64,000 bases of DNA from an uncultured delta proteobacterium. Lineage in GTDB: Bacteria > Desulfobacterota > Syntrophia > Syntrophales > UBA4778. Of the stretch, positions 42,051 to 52,170 are shown in pieces. The notes under the pieces were generated by a model. That model saw nothing but the letters and a program-made list of their open reading frames with translations. It was not told where the DNA came from and searched no databases. The stretch covers positions 426,020 through 490,019 of the forward strand of contig CAWASK010000001.1 of the NCBI GenBank assembly GCA_963784735.1, given 5' to 3'. Positions within the stretch are counted from its first letter, which is position 1; every line of letters starts with the position of its first letter. The position numbers and the translations under genes were made by a program.

Positions 42051-43687
42051 CCCCGGCCCTCCATTATTTTTTCCGCCTCCCTGCAGACCTCGTCCACGGT
42101 GAAGCAGGTTCCGTCGTACTTGAGGATCCTCTCCGGGACCTCGAGGCCCAGCTCCCTTCTCAGCAACTGGGAAAACTGCCCCGTCGCATTGTTCTCGACG
42201 CCGATCAGCCTTTTCCCCTCCAGGCCGCAGCCGGATATCATCTCCATGGAGAGGGGGTAGACCTGACTGAAATGCAGCGCGGCAACGCTCTTTCCGCTCG
42301 CGGCCAGCCGTTCGCAGGCCTCCTTGACGATCAGCTTGTTGGACCCCCAGCAGATGAGGAAAGTGCCGGCGTCGGCGGGGCCGAACAGCGTGGGCTTGAG
42401 GGCGTCCCGTTTCAGGTAAGCGAGCTTCTTCATCCTCTTTTCGACCATGGCAATGCGGAGGGCGGGATCCTCCGTGATGTGCCCCTCCTCGTCGTGCTCG
42501 TCGGAATCCACGTGCACCTCGGCCTTGCCCAGTCCCGGGTAGGTGAGGGGCGATATGCCGCTCTCGGTGAGCTCATACCTGCGGTAACCGGGCCCCTCGC
42601 TCTTGTATGCGCGGCTGCTCACTGCGACCGGGATGTTCTCCTCGGCGATCTGGATTGAGTCGGCAAAATACTGGTCGGTGAGGATGAATACCGGGACCTG
42701 GTAATTGTCCGCAAGCTCGAAGCTCGCCCGGGATATGGCAATGGCCTCATCGATGGAGCCGGGCGCAAATACGGCCCGGGGAAACTCGCCGTGGCCGGCG
42801 TGGATGACAAAAAAGAGTTCGCCCTGCTCGGTGCGGGTCGGCAGCCCCGTGGAGGGCCCCGGCCTCTGGCTGACTATCATGACGACTGGCGTTTCCGTCA
42901 TCCCGGCGAGCGACACGCCCTCCTGCATCAGGGCGAACCCGCCCCCGGAAGTGGCGACCATGGACCGCAGGCCGGCAAACGAGGCGCCCAGAGCCATATT
43001 GACCGCGGCTATTTCATCCTCGGCCTGCTCGAAATGGATGGGCAGGTCCTGCGCGGCCCTGGTGAAGTAAATCATTATCGATGTGGCGGGCGTCATCGGG
43101 TACGACGACATGAACTGGCAGCCGCCGAGGATGGCCCCGAAGGCCAGGGCCTGGTTTCCGTCGAACTTGTAATGGACGGGATTGGCCCGCGGCTCAACGG
43201 CGTAGCGCCCCCGGATTCCCCATTGCTCGGCAAATTTCAAGCCTGCGGTGATCCTCTCCATCAGGGGGGCGTCCGCAACCGCATTCTCGAGCTGTTCCCT
43301 GCCGCACCCGATCACGGACAGCGCGATCCCGGCGATAACGGGATTGCTCTCGACGGCGCTCCCGAACCGCTCCTGGGCGGCGGCCTCGATCTCGTCCACC
43401 TGCTGCCTGGAAATGAATATCCCTCCCGGGGCCAGGTCATTTCCGTGTCTTTTGCCGGTCTCGTCGTCCAGGGCGATTATGAGCTCCCATGTATTGTCCC
43501 GCAGGGCATTGACTCCGTGGTCCGCTATGCGGAACATGTGGAAGTTATGCCCGCCCCTGATCCTCGACATGTAGTTCTTGGTGGCGAAGAAATGGAAATT
43601 CAGGCGTGAGAGGATGTCGACCAGGATGTTTTCAATTGTGGCGAGGCCCATTCCGGCTTCCCCGCCGATCAGCAGGTTGCATTCCAT
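42047..43687 (-). CDS. 2-oxoacid:ferredoxin oxidoreductase, fused gamma-alpha subunit
   Basis: Intact 546-aa ORF. N-terminal gamma-like LIGGEAGMGL followed by an alpha-subunit pyrimidine-binding domain. Overlaps the beta subunit gene by 4 nt. Confidence 0.9.
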   Translation of the reverse strand: MECNLLIGGEAGMGLATIENILVDILSRLNFHFFATKNYMSRIRGGHNFHMFRIADHGVNALRDNTWELIIALDDETGKRHGNDLAPGGIFISRQQVDEIEAAAQERFGSAVESNPVIAGIALSVIGCGREQLENAVADAPLMERITAGLKFAEQWGIRGRYAVEPRANPVHYKFDGNQALAFGAILGGCQFMSSYPMTPATSIMIYFTRAAQDLPIHFEQAEDEIAAVNMALGASFAGLRSMVATSGGGFALMQEGVSLAGMTETPVVMIVSQRPGPSTGLPTRTEQGELFFVIHAGHGEFPRAVFAPGSIDEAIAISRASFELADNYQVPVFILTDQYFADSIQIAEENIPVAVSSRAYKSEGPGYRRYELTESGISPLTYPGLGKAEVHVDSDEHDEEGHITEDPALRIAMVEKRMKKLAYLKRDALKPTLFGPADAGTFLICWGSNKLIVKEACERLAASGKSVAALHFSQVYPLSMEMISGCGLEGKRLIGVENNATGQFSQLLRRELGLEVPERILKYDGTCFTVDEVCREAEKIMEGRG

Positions 43688-43756
43688 CTATAGACCCTTT
43701 CCTTTTCGTCAGGTGAGGGGTTACGGCATGCGGTGACGCATTAAATTGCAGCAATC

Positions 43757-43779
43757 GGGCGTATGCCATACGCCCCTAC
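43757..43779 (-). repeat. GTAG-headed REP-like hairpin
   Basis: On the - strand, GTAGGGGCGTAT-GGC-ATACGCCC forms an 8-bp stem with the same GTAGGGGCG head as the element at 22876. Confidence 0.45.
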
Positions 43780-43976
43780 GGAATTAATTATCTGCCGATG
43801 CCCTGCGACATCGCCTTTGCCGGGCCCGCCGGGCCCGTGCTTCGGGGCGGTCAGCATCCGTAAAGGACAAGGGCCGCCAGGACTGCGAGGACAATGATCC
43901 TCAAAGCTCTTTTCGCCATGGTTGATCTCTCCGGAAAAACTGAGAAGTTAATTTATGATAGCACAAGATGGGCGAG

Positions 43977-44621
43977 TCAGAAAATTTTTTTCTGGACGAC
44001 AAGGAAAAGCTTGCGGGGCAGCTCCCCCTCCTCGAACTCCTCGATTTCTATTGTGTTGAAACCGCTGTCCAGGCCTTTTATCTCGTCGCGGCCGAGGAAG
44101 TGGACTATATAGCCGCCCGTCTCGAACCTGCCGTCCCCGTAGCTTGTCCCCTTTTCGAAATGGGGGTCGCCCGTGTGGCGCGTCGTGAATACATTGATGC
44201 CGCCCGGCTTCAGGACACGGCGGATCTCCGCGGAGAGCGCCCTCAGCTGGGCCGTGGTGAAGTCCATGCAGTAAAGCATGTGGGAATAGCACGCGTCCAT
44301 GGAGGAGGCGGCAAAAGGCAGGGGGCGGCGCAGGTCATGGCGCACGGTGACGACCCTGCCCTCGAGGCCTTCCTTGCGGGCCCTGCCGCGGATCGCCCGG
44401 AGCCCCTCTTCCGAGTAGTCGACGCATGTGACGGTGAGCCCATGCATGGCAAAAAAAAGGGAATCCCTGCCCTGGCCCGCCCCGAGCTCCAGCAGGTCTC
44501 CAACCCTGCCCTTTTCAAAAAAGGTGAGGGCCCTCTGGGCCGCATAACTGGGGCCCTCCCCGAACATGTCGGGGTCCCGCGCGAAAGATTTGTCCCAATT
44601 CCGGCGCTGTCCATTTCCCAT
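43977..44621 (-). CDS. class I SAM-dependent methyltransferase
   Basis: Intact 214-aa ORF with motif I LLELGAGQGRD. Confidence 0.8.
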   Translation of the reverse strand: MGNGQRRNWDKSFARDPDMFGEGPSYAAQRALTFFEKGRVGDLLELGAGQGRDSLFFAMHGLTVTCVDYSEEGLRAIRGRARKEGLEGRVVTVRHDLRRPLPFAASSMDACYSHMLYCMDFTTAQLRALSAEIRRVLKPGGINVFTTRHTGDPHFEKGTSYGDGRFETGGYIVHFLGRDEIKGLDSGFNTIEIEEFEEGELPRKLFLVVQKKIF

Positions 44622-44670
44622 GAGAGTATGTTATCATAACTGCGTCCAAAATGAACCGGGGGATAGTGAA

Positions 44671-45279
44671 ATGGCCGACCCGCAAGTAACCCTGCGCGAA
44701 GGTGACGTGCTCATTGTAACGGATATGCAGAACGACTTCCTGCCCGGGGGGGCGCTCGCCGTCCCGCAGGGGGACAGCATCATAGGGGCGCTGAATAACG
44801 CCGTCGACGCGTTTGTCTCCGCGGGGCTGCCGGTCATAATGACCCGCGACTGGCACCCGCCCGACCATTGCTCGTTCAAGTCCCGGGGCGGCCCCTGGCC
44901 CGCGCACTGCGTCCGGGGGACGGCCGGCGCCGATTTTTCTCCACTGATGCACAAGCCGCCCGATGCCATCATAATCTCCAAGGCAGCCGACCCCAACGAA
45001 GAGCAGTATTCCGCCTTTAACGGGCGGGACGCCGCGGGGCGGACGCTTGGCGAAAACCTCCGCATCCTGAAAGCAGCGCGGGCCTTCATAGGCGGTGTTG
45101 CCACGGAGTACTGCGTTTTTAACACCGGCAAGGACATACTCGACAAGAAATACAAACTGTTCGTCTTCACCGACGGAGTGAAGGCCATCGACGTGCAGCA
45201 GGGAGACGGGGAGAAGGCGCTGCAGGAATTGGAAAAGGACGGCGCCGTTCTGATCAGGACGGAAGATATCCGGAAATGA
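44671..45279 (+). CDS. pncA: nicotinamidase/pyrazinamidase (isochorismatase family)
   Basis: VTDMQNDFLPGGAL and GVATEYCV motifs. Overlaps the downstream NAPRTase gene. Confidence 0.85.
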   Translation: MADPQVTLREGDVLIVTDMQNDFLPGGALAVPQGDSIIGALNNAVDAFVSAGLPVIMTRDWHPPDHCSFKSRGGPWPAHCVRGTAGADFSPLMHKPPDAIIISKAADPNEEQYSAFNGRDAAGRTLGENLRILKAARAFIGGVATEYCVFNTGKDILDKKYKLFVFTDGVKAIDVQQGDGEKALQELEKDGAVLIRTEDIRK

Positions 45280-46634
45280 AAATCGACATTGCCGCGAGCC
45301 CTCTGCTTACGGACCTCTATCAGCTCACGATGCTCCAGGCATACCTCGATAACGGCATGGAGGACACGGCGGTCTTCGAGTTTTACGTCCGGAGGCTCCC
45401 GGCTCAGCGCAATTTCCTGGTGGCGGCGGGCCTGGAAAGCGCCCTCGAGTTCCTCTCCTCCATGAAATTTTCACGTGAGGACATGGAGTACGTCGCCTCG
45501 ACGGGGCGCTTTAAAAAAAACGTTCTCGATTATCTCCAGAATTTCCGCTTTTCCGGCCAGGTGCACGCCCTGCCCGAGGGCACGGTCTTCTTCCCCGGCG
45601 AGCCCGTCATGCGAGTGACCGCACCGCTGCCGGCCGCCCAGCTCGTGGAGAGCCGCATCATCAACATCCTGCAGCTTCACATTATGATCGCTTCCAAGGC
45701 GGCGCGCTGCCGCCTGGCCGCGGGAGAAGCGGCCCTGCTTGTGGACTTCGGGCTGAGAAGGGCGCACGGGTCCGAGGCCGGCATGGCCGCAGCGCGCTCG
45801 TCGTACATCTGCGGATTTGCCGGGTCGTCCACGGTTGCCGCGGAGCAGCTGTACGGCATCCCGGCCTACGGCACCATGGCCCATTCCTTTGTCGAGGCCC
45901 ATTTGGGCGAAGAGGATGCGTTCATGGATTTCGCCCGCTCCAACCCGGGGAACGTCACCCTGCTCATCGACACCTACGATTCCCTGGCCGGCGCCCGCAA
46001 GACGGTCAGCGTGGCCGGGAAGCTGGCCGCCGAGGGGATCAGGGTCAGGGCCGTGCGGCTCGACAGCGGCGACCTGCTCGAACTCTCCGGGCAGGTGAGG
46101 CAGATCCTCGATGACGGCGGTTTCCCGGGGATCGGAATTTTCGTCAGCGGCGACATGGACGAGTATTCGATCCGGGACCTCCTGTCCGCCGGCGCCCCGA
46201 TAAACGGCTTCGGGGTAGGCACGAAAATGGACACGTCCGCCGACGCACCCTATCTCGAATGCGCCTACAAACTCATGGAATACGCGGGCACGCCCCGTTT
46301 CAAGAAGTCTAAAGGCAAGGCGACCGTGCCCGGCCGCAAACAGGTCTTCCGCAGCTTTGAAGGCGGGCTGTTCAGAGGCGACGTGATCGGCCTGGACCAC
46401 GAAGAGCTTGCCGGGGAGCGGCTGCTGAAAGAATACATGCGGGACGGGAAAATTATTGCCCAGCCCCCCTCTCTGAAAGACATCGCCAAAAGGGCCGCTG
46501 AGCAGATGCGGTCCCTTCCCGAGAGCCTCAAATCACTTGAAGCCGCTGCAGCCTACCCGGTCAGCCTCTCTGCCGCTTTAGTCGAATTGCAGCGCCGGGC
46601 CGAGTTGCTGCTCGATCAGAAATCCGCGCGCTGA
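45276..46634 (+). CDS. pncB: nicotinate phosphoribosyltransferase
   Basis: Intact 452-aa ORF with LLTDLYQLTM and FGLRRAHG...GTMAHSF motifs. Confidence 0.9.
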   Translation: MKIDIAASPLLTDLYQLTMLQAYLDNGMEDTAVFEFYVRRLPAQRNFLVAAGLESALEFLSSMKFSREDMEYVASTGRFKKNVLDYLQNFRFSGQVHALPEGTVFFPGEPVMRVTAPLPAAQLVESRIINILQLHIMIASKAARCRLAAGEAALLVDFGLRRAHGSEAGMAAARSSYICGFAGSSTVAAEQLYGIPAYGTMAHSFVEAHLGEEDAFMDFARSNPGNVTLLIDTYDSLAGARKTVSVAGKLAAEGIRVRAVRLDSGDLLELSGQVRQILDDGGFPGIGIFVSGDMDEYSIRDLLSAGAPINGFGVGTKMDTSADAPYLECAYKLMEYAGTPRFKKSKGKATVPGRKQVFRSFEGGLFRGDVIGLDHEELAGERLLKEYMRDGKIIAQPPSLKDIAKRAAEQMRSLPESLKSLEAAAAYPVSLSAALVELQRRAELLLDQKSAR

Positions 46635-46855
46635 GCGCCGCAGTCAAATCCAGGTCAAAAAAAACCGCATCGGCTTCGCTTGAAATTTCAGGCGCCAAAG
46701 CGAGACCCGAAAAGCAAACAGGCAGCAACACACCAGGGAAAATATGGACATTATCAATTGGAAATCACACTAAACCATGATAATAGAAATTCGCATTTGC
46801 AATTTTACTGTCCGGGTCGATGAATAGCGTGCGACTACCACAAGGGAGGTATCAA

Positions 46856-47299
46856 ATGAATAAGATTTTTTCCCTGGTGCTTGTTTTCATTCTTCTCGTG
46901 CCGAGCTTGGTCAGCGCTGCAGATGATTTCTGCGGAAGCCTCAGGAACAAGAAGGGGGACGTCGCAATAGAGCGCGGCGGGAAAACCGTTACGGCCTCGG
47001 ACGGCACCCGCGTGTTTGCGAACGACTCAGTCAGGACAGGCCCGGACGGTTCTGTCGGGATTATCTTCCGGGACAACTCGAGAATAAGCCTGGGACCGAG
47101 TTCCCGTCTCGACTTAAAGAAGTTCGTCTTTAAACCTAACGAGGGGAAATTCTCCATGGTTAACAAGCTTACCAGGGGGACCGCATCTTTCGTTTCGGGA
47201 AAGATGACGAAGCTCTCGCCGGAATCCGTTATCCTCGAGACCCCGAGATCGACGATCGGCGTCCGCGGCACTACTTACAATATCAAAGTCGACGATTGA
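46856..47299 (+). CDS. secreted FecR-domain protein
   Basis: Signal peptide (…VSAADD) and a FecR-like beta-rich domain (...VRTGPDGSVGIIFRDNSRISLGPSSRL...). GGGAGG ribosome-binding site. Confidence 0.7.
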   Translation: MNKIFSLVLVFILLVPSLVSAADDFCGSLRNKKGDVAIERGGKTVTASDGTRVFANDSVRTGPDGSVGIIFRDNSRISLGPSSRLDLKKFVFKPNEGKFSMVNKLTRGTASFVSGKMTKLSPESVILETPRSTIGVRGTTYNIKVDD

Positions 47300-47955
47300 T
47301 TTCCGCACGGGCCCCTGCCATGGACAAGAGCAGCCTGATGCGGAATATTCCCGTTTTACTCCTCGTGCTGGCCGTTTCGGGATGTGCGACAACACCGGAA
47401 CCCGTCCCGGTGACCGCCAAGGAAACGGTTGTCCTGGTCCAGGATGATGACGGCAAGGTCGGACAGATAACAGTCACGACCAGGGGCGGGGCGAAGCTGC
47501 TCAGTGCCCCCAATACCATGGTGGAGGTAAGCGGGGCCGGGGAAAGCCCCTCCGATCCGAAAAAAATGGACCAGCGGCAAATCGATGCAATGTTCGCCGG
47601 TTCCCTCAAATCCCTTCCCCTGCCGCCGGTCAGCTTTCAGTTATACTTCATGCAGAACTCGGCGAAACTGACGTCCGAGTCGAAAACCGTCCTTCCCGTA
47701 ATCCTGACGATGGCCAAGACAAGGGGATTTTATGAAATAAGTGTTATCGGCCATACCGATAAAACCGGCAGGGACGATTACAATATGAAGCTGTCGTCCG
47801 CCCGGGCCAGGGCGGTTTCCAACGCCCTCGTCAGTTACGGCTTTCCCGCCGACCAGATCGAGATCAGGTACCACGGGAGCCGCGACCCCCTCATTCCAAC
47901 CGGGGACAATGTGAAGGAACCGCGCAACCGCAGAGTTGAAGTCATCATCAAGTAG
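47296..47955 (+). CDS. OmpA-family lipoprotein (start uncertain: 47296, 47320 or 47338)
   Basis: Lipobox LAVSGC. C-terminal OmpA-like domain GHTDKTGRDDYNMKLSSARARAV...NRRVEVII. Confidence 0.8.
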   Translation: MISARAPAMDKSSLMRNIPVLLLVLAVSGCATTPEPVPVTAKETVVLVQDDDGKVGQITVTTRGGAKLLSAPNTMVEVSGAGESPSDPKKMDQRQIDAMFAGSLKSLPLPPVSFQLYFMQNSAKLTSESKTVLPVILTMAKTRGFYEISVIGHTDKTGRDDYNMKLSSARARAVSNALVSYGFPADQIEIRYHGSRDPLIPTGDNVKEPRNRRVEVIIK

Positions 47956-47963
47956 CCCTCAAG

Positions 47964-49997
47964 ATGCCTATTTTACGACGCCCATTTCTCCCTGCCCGGT
48001 GGACCCGGAAGAGCAGGGAACATTCTGTCATTATCCTCTGCGGGATTGCGCTGACAAGTGTTATAGGGTTCCTGTACCTGTTTCAGCCGCTGCTGCTTTC
48101 GACTCTCGATCTCGAAATATATGACACCCTGCTTAAATTCCGTCCCGGGCGCCCGGTATCCGGCAACATCATTATCGTCGATATAGACATCAGGAGCCTT
48201 GCCCGCTATGGGCAATGGCCCTGGCCGCGCTACCGGATGGCACGGCTGCTGGACAGGCTGCGCGAGATGGGGGCCCTGGGTATCGGCATCGACATCCTGT
48301 TTGCCGAACCCGACAGGAGCTCGCTCAGCAATATACAGAAGAATCTTTCCGCGGACTTCAACTACGGCCTCAGCCTGGCGGGGGTCCCCGGCCGGTATCT
48401 CGATAATGATGCGGTGCTGTCCGAAGCTCTCCGGAGGGGCCCCTTTGCCATTGCCTTCCAGTTTTCATTTGCGGAAAAAACAAATAGGGACTGCTCGCTT
48501 CACCCCGTCAGCCTGCTGCTGAGGAAAGAACAGGATGTACCCGAGTCTTTCAACGGCCTTTTTCAGCCGTCCTCGGCCGACTGCCCATACCGGCCGCTTG
48601 CCGAAGCGGCCCCGGCTTCCGGTTTCATTAACATAAAAACGGACCACGACGGGATTATCCGCAGGGTCCCCCTCCTGATGGAATACGAAGGCCGCTTTTA
48701 TCCCCACCTCTCACTGGCCGTGCTCCTTTCGGCAGCCCGGCCGGACCAGATGGTCTTGAATATAGGCCCGGGCGGAACGGAAAGCCTGTCTCTCGAGGAC
48801 CTTGAGATCCCGCTCGAGCCAAAAGGGTCCTACCTCATTCCCTTTCCTGGGCCCGGAAGGGACATACCGCCACGTCTCGGCTGCCGACATCCTGGACGGC
48901 ACAGTCGAGGGCCGGGAACTTGAGGGCCGCATCGTGCTCATCGGGGCAACGGCGCCCGGTCTTGCTGGATATCCGCTCCACACCCGCGGACCCGGTAATG
49001 GCCGGGGTGGAGGTGCACGCGAACATAATCGACTCGATCCTGAAACGCGATTTTATCGTGCGGCCGAGACACGCGGCCGCTTATGAATTTTTTGCCGTCG
49101 TGTTTTTCGGACTGCTTTCAACGGTCCTTTTTGTCCGCTGCCAGGCGATGGGAAACTTGATATTTTTATCTGTATTTGTTACAGCCGCCGTCGCCGCGAC
49201 GGTTTTCCTCTTCAGAAACGGGACATATATTTCTCCGCTTTACCCGGTGCTCGCGTGCGCTTCCAATTTCTCGCTATTGTCTTTTCTCGATTTCTGGATT
49301 GAGGAGGCGAAGGTGAAGGAAAAAATCAGGCTGCAGCTGCTTACCCAGGACGCCATGCTGGAGACCATTGCCAATATCACGGAAACAAGGGACCCGGAGA
49401 CGGGCGGCCACATCAGGCGGACCCGGGCCTATGTGAAAAGCCTGGCCGAGCACATCAAGGGGAGACCCGCATTTTCGAACATTGTGAATGACGATTTTAT
49501 CGAGAGCCTGTTACCAGTCTGCCCCCCTCCATGACCTGGGCAAAGTCGGCGTAAGGGATAGTATCCTGCTCAAGGCCGGGCCCCTGGAATTCGAGGAATT
49601 CGAAGAGATGAAGAGGCACACGCAATACGGCAAAAAGGTCATCGACGCCGCCCAGGCAAAACTCGCCGATGCGTCCTTTTTAAAGTTCGCGGGGGAAATG
49701 GCGGAATCTCACCATGAACACTGGGACGGGAAGGGGTACCCGAACGGCCTCAAGGGCGAGGAAATCCCCCTGTCGGGAAGAATAATGGCGATAGCGGACG
49801 TGTACGACGCCCTCATATCGAGCCGCCCGTACAAGAAAGGGCTGTCCCACGAAGAAGCCGTGGAAATGATCCTGGCAGGCAGCGGCTCAAAATTTGACCC
49901 CCGGCTCGTCGAGGCCTTCGCGGAGATGCATGCCGCGTTCGAGGCTATTACAGAACAATTTGCCGACACGATAAACGACAGGGAACCCCATCCTTGA
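47964..49997 (+). CDS. CHASE2 sensor - transmembrane - HD-GYP phosphodiesterase (3 apparent frameshifts)
   Basis: N-terminal CHASE2 blocks (IVDIDIRSLARYGQWPWPR, FAEPD), about 3 TM helices, then the HD-GYP domain (HDLGKVGV, HHEHWDGKGYP). Tiled over the ORFs 47964-48923, 48802-49086, 48920-49534 and 49488-49997. Confidence 0.8.
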
Positions 49998-50102
49998 CGA
50001 CCGCTACACCAGCCGCTGGTGACAGGATCGGAAGCCGACGCACCGGGCGCCCCCAGCCCCGCTATCTTGTCCAGACGGGAGGGGGAGAATTTCCCTTCCC
50101 GG

Positions 50103-51323
50103 CTACATCATGTCCTTGTTGCTCTGCTCGACCGCGCGGTCGATCTCGGCCTTGAGCTGGGGCGGCAGCCCCGGTATGTCGACGCTCATGAAGCCGCGGA
50201 CGATCGTGGATGTCGCCTCGTCCTCCGAAAGACCCCTCGACATGAGGTAGAGGATCTCTTCCTGGGCGATCTTGCCGACAGCCGCTTCATGGGACATTTC
50301 GACCCCCTCCACCCGTCCCTGCAGCTCGGGGATGGCGTGGATGATCCCGCCCTTGAGGATCAGCCCCCGGCATTCCAGGTGGGCCCGCACTCCCGCGACA
50401 TTGCCGATGAGGTCGCCCCTGTTGATTATATTGCCTCCGTTGGTAATGGCCCTGGCAATTATCTCCGCCCGGGTGTCCTCCGCATCCAGGGAGATCCGGC
50501 CTCCCACGTCGAGCTCCGTGCCGGGATTGCCCACGAGCAGGCTGTAGAACCTGGAAACCGCGCCCTTGCCGATGAGGCGGGTCGTGGGGAACATCTGCAG
50601 GGACTTGACCGGCTTCATGCAGATGTAATTGTTGAGGAAAAGCCCGCCCTCCTCGACAACGCCCACCGAACGGGGCCGGACCATCATCTCTTCGGCCCAG
50701 TTGTGGATCATTGTAAAGCTCAGCTTGGCGTTCTTTTTCACAAAGAATTCCGAAATCCCCACGTGGAGGCCGCGTTTCAAATGCGGCGAAGTGGCGCATC
50801 CTGTGATGATGTGGAGCTCGGAGTCCTCTTCGGCGATGATCAGGTTGTGGACGTACTGGCTGATGTTCTCCTTGTCCAGGTAGAGACAGGCCTGGACGGG
50901 CATGACCACCTTTGCCCCGGGGAGCGCCCTTATGACGTAACCGTCATGCAATTGGAGCTGGGCATTGGCCGTGAACTTGTCCGCATCAACCGAAGCAAGT
51001 TTCCAGTAATAGTCCTGGACCCATTCGTATTCCTTGAGGGCCTTTTTGATGGGGATCACTTCCAGCCCTTCCTGCAGCGAGTGGGCATGGAGGACGGCCG
51101 TGTCTTTCTGGATGTAGGTGCCCGAGCGCCCCGTCTCGCTCGTGTCGACTCCCGACTGCAGCAGCCTCTTCCTGTCGGGTTCCTCTATACTGTTGAGGTC
51201 CTGCAGGTATGGGTGTTCGACCGGCTCCGCCGTGAAGGTGGTAAGGTCGATATCGGGCCCGAGGGCGGCCTTCTTCTCTTTCGCCTTTAAAGCCTTCTCG
51301 TCTATATCGCGCATTTCAGACAT
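50103..51323 (-). CDS. sufB: Fe-S cluster assembly scaffold SufB/SufD family protein
   Basis: Intact 406-aa ORF with the C-terminal beta-helix region, including ...SHEAAVGKIAQEEILYLMSRGLSEDEA. Confidence 0.85.
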   Translation of the reverse strand: MSEMRDIDEKALKAKEKKAALGPDIDLTTFTAEPVEHPYLQDLNSIEEPDRKRLLQSGVDTSETGRSGTYIQKDTAVLHAHSLQEGLEVIPIKKALKEYEWVQDYYWKLASVDADKFTANAQLQLHDGYVIRALPGAKVVMPVQACLYLDKENISQYVHNLIIAEEDSELHIITGCATSPHLKRGLHVGISEFFVKKNAKLSFTMIHNWAEEMMVRPRSVGVVEEGGLFLNNYICMKPVKSLQMFPTTRLIGKGAVSRFYSLLVGNPGTELDVGGRISLDAEDTRAEIIARAITNGGNIINRGDLIGNVAGVRAHLECRGLILKGGIIHAIPELQGRVEGVEMSHEAAVGKIAQEEILYLMSRGLSEDEATSTIVRGFMSVDIPGLPPQLKAEIDRAVEQSNKDMM

Positions 51324-52060
51324 TCTCCGTAGCCCATGTGTTTTATGCAGTGGAAGATTTCCTGGGGATTGCTCCGGCAGGAGAGGACCCCTTCGTAAAG
51401 GACCTGGCCTTTATCCGCCGTCACGTAGTCGAGGATGAAACCGGTGTGGGTGATGATGAGGCCCATCTTGGTCCGCTCCTCCCTCATTTTCTTCTGGCTT
51501 TTTTCTGTGCTGGGGTGCAGGTCCCGCTGCAGCAGCTCGCTGATGGTATTGCCGATGAGGGAGATGTTCTCCAGGTCGACGCCGGACTCCGGTTCGTCGA
51601 AAAGCATGAGGTCCGCGTTCTGCGCCATGAGCTGCAGCAGTTCCGAGCGCTTGATTTCCCCTCCCGAGAAGCCCGCGTTTATGTCCCTCTCCAGGAATTC
51701 GGTGAAATTCATTTTGTCGGCGAGCTTGTCGGGGTCGATGTTGCCGTTGTTCCCGCAGATCTTGACCATCTGCCTTGTCTTGAGGCCGTGAATGGTGGGG
51801 GGCCGCTGGTAAGACATGCCGATGCCCAGGCGGGCCCGTTCGTTGATCGGCATATCGGTTATGTCCTGCCCCTTGAAAAAGATCTTTCCCGAAATGATCT
51901 TGTACTGGGGATAACCCATGATGGTCATCAGCAGGGTCGTCTTCCCCGAGCCGTTGGGGCCGAACAGGATGTGTGTTTCGCCCGGGTTGATTTCCAGGTT
52001 TATGTTTTTCAGGATCTCCCTGTCGCCGAGTTTGACTCTGAGCTCTTCTATTCTCAGCAT
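51302..52060 (-). CDS. sufC: Fe-S cluster assembly ATPase SufC
   Basis: Start at MLRIEEL with an AAAAGGAGA ribosome-binding site. Walker A GPNGSGKTT, signature FSGGE and Walker B LMLFDEPESG. The longer ORF to 52330 runs through REP-like repeats. Confidence 0.9.
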   Translation of the reverse strand: MLRIEELRVKLGDREILKNINLEINPGETHILFGPNGSGKTTLLMTIMGYPQYKIISGKIFFKGQDITDMPINERARLGIGMSYQRPPTIHGLKTRQMVKICGNNGNIDPDKLADKMNFTEFLERDINAGFSGGEIKRSELLQLMAQNADLMLFDEPESGVDLENISLIGNTISELLQRDLHPSTEKSQKKMREERTKMGLIITHTGFILDYVTADKGQVLYEGVLSCRSNPQEIFHCIKHMGYGECLKCAI

Positions 52061-52170
52061 TTTGGTCTCCTTTTGCGGCAGAATACTTGCTTGAAGATAA
52101 TCACCGGGGACGCTGAAAGCAAGGCCGATTGTACCTGCGCCATTTATAACAGCGTTCCCGATTATCCGAG

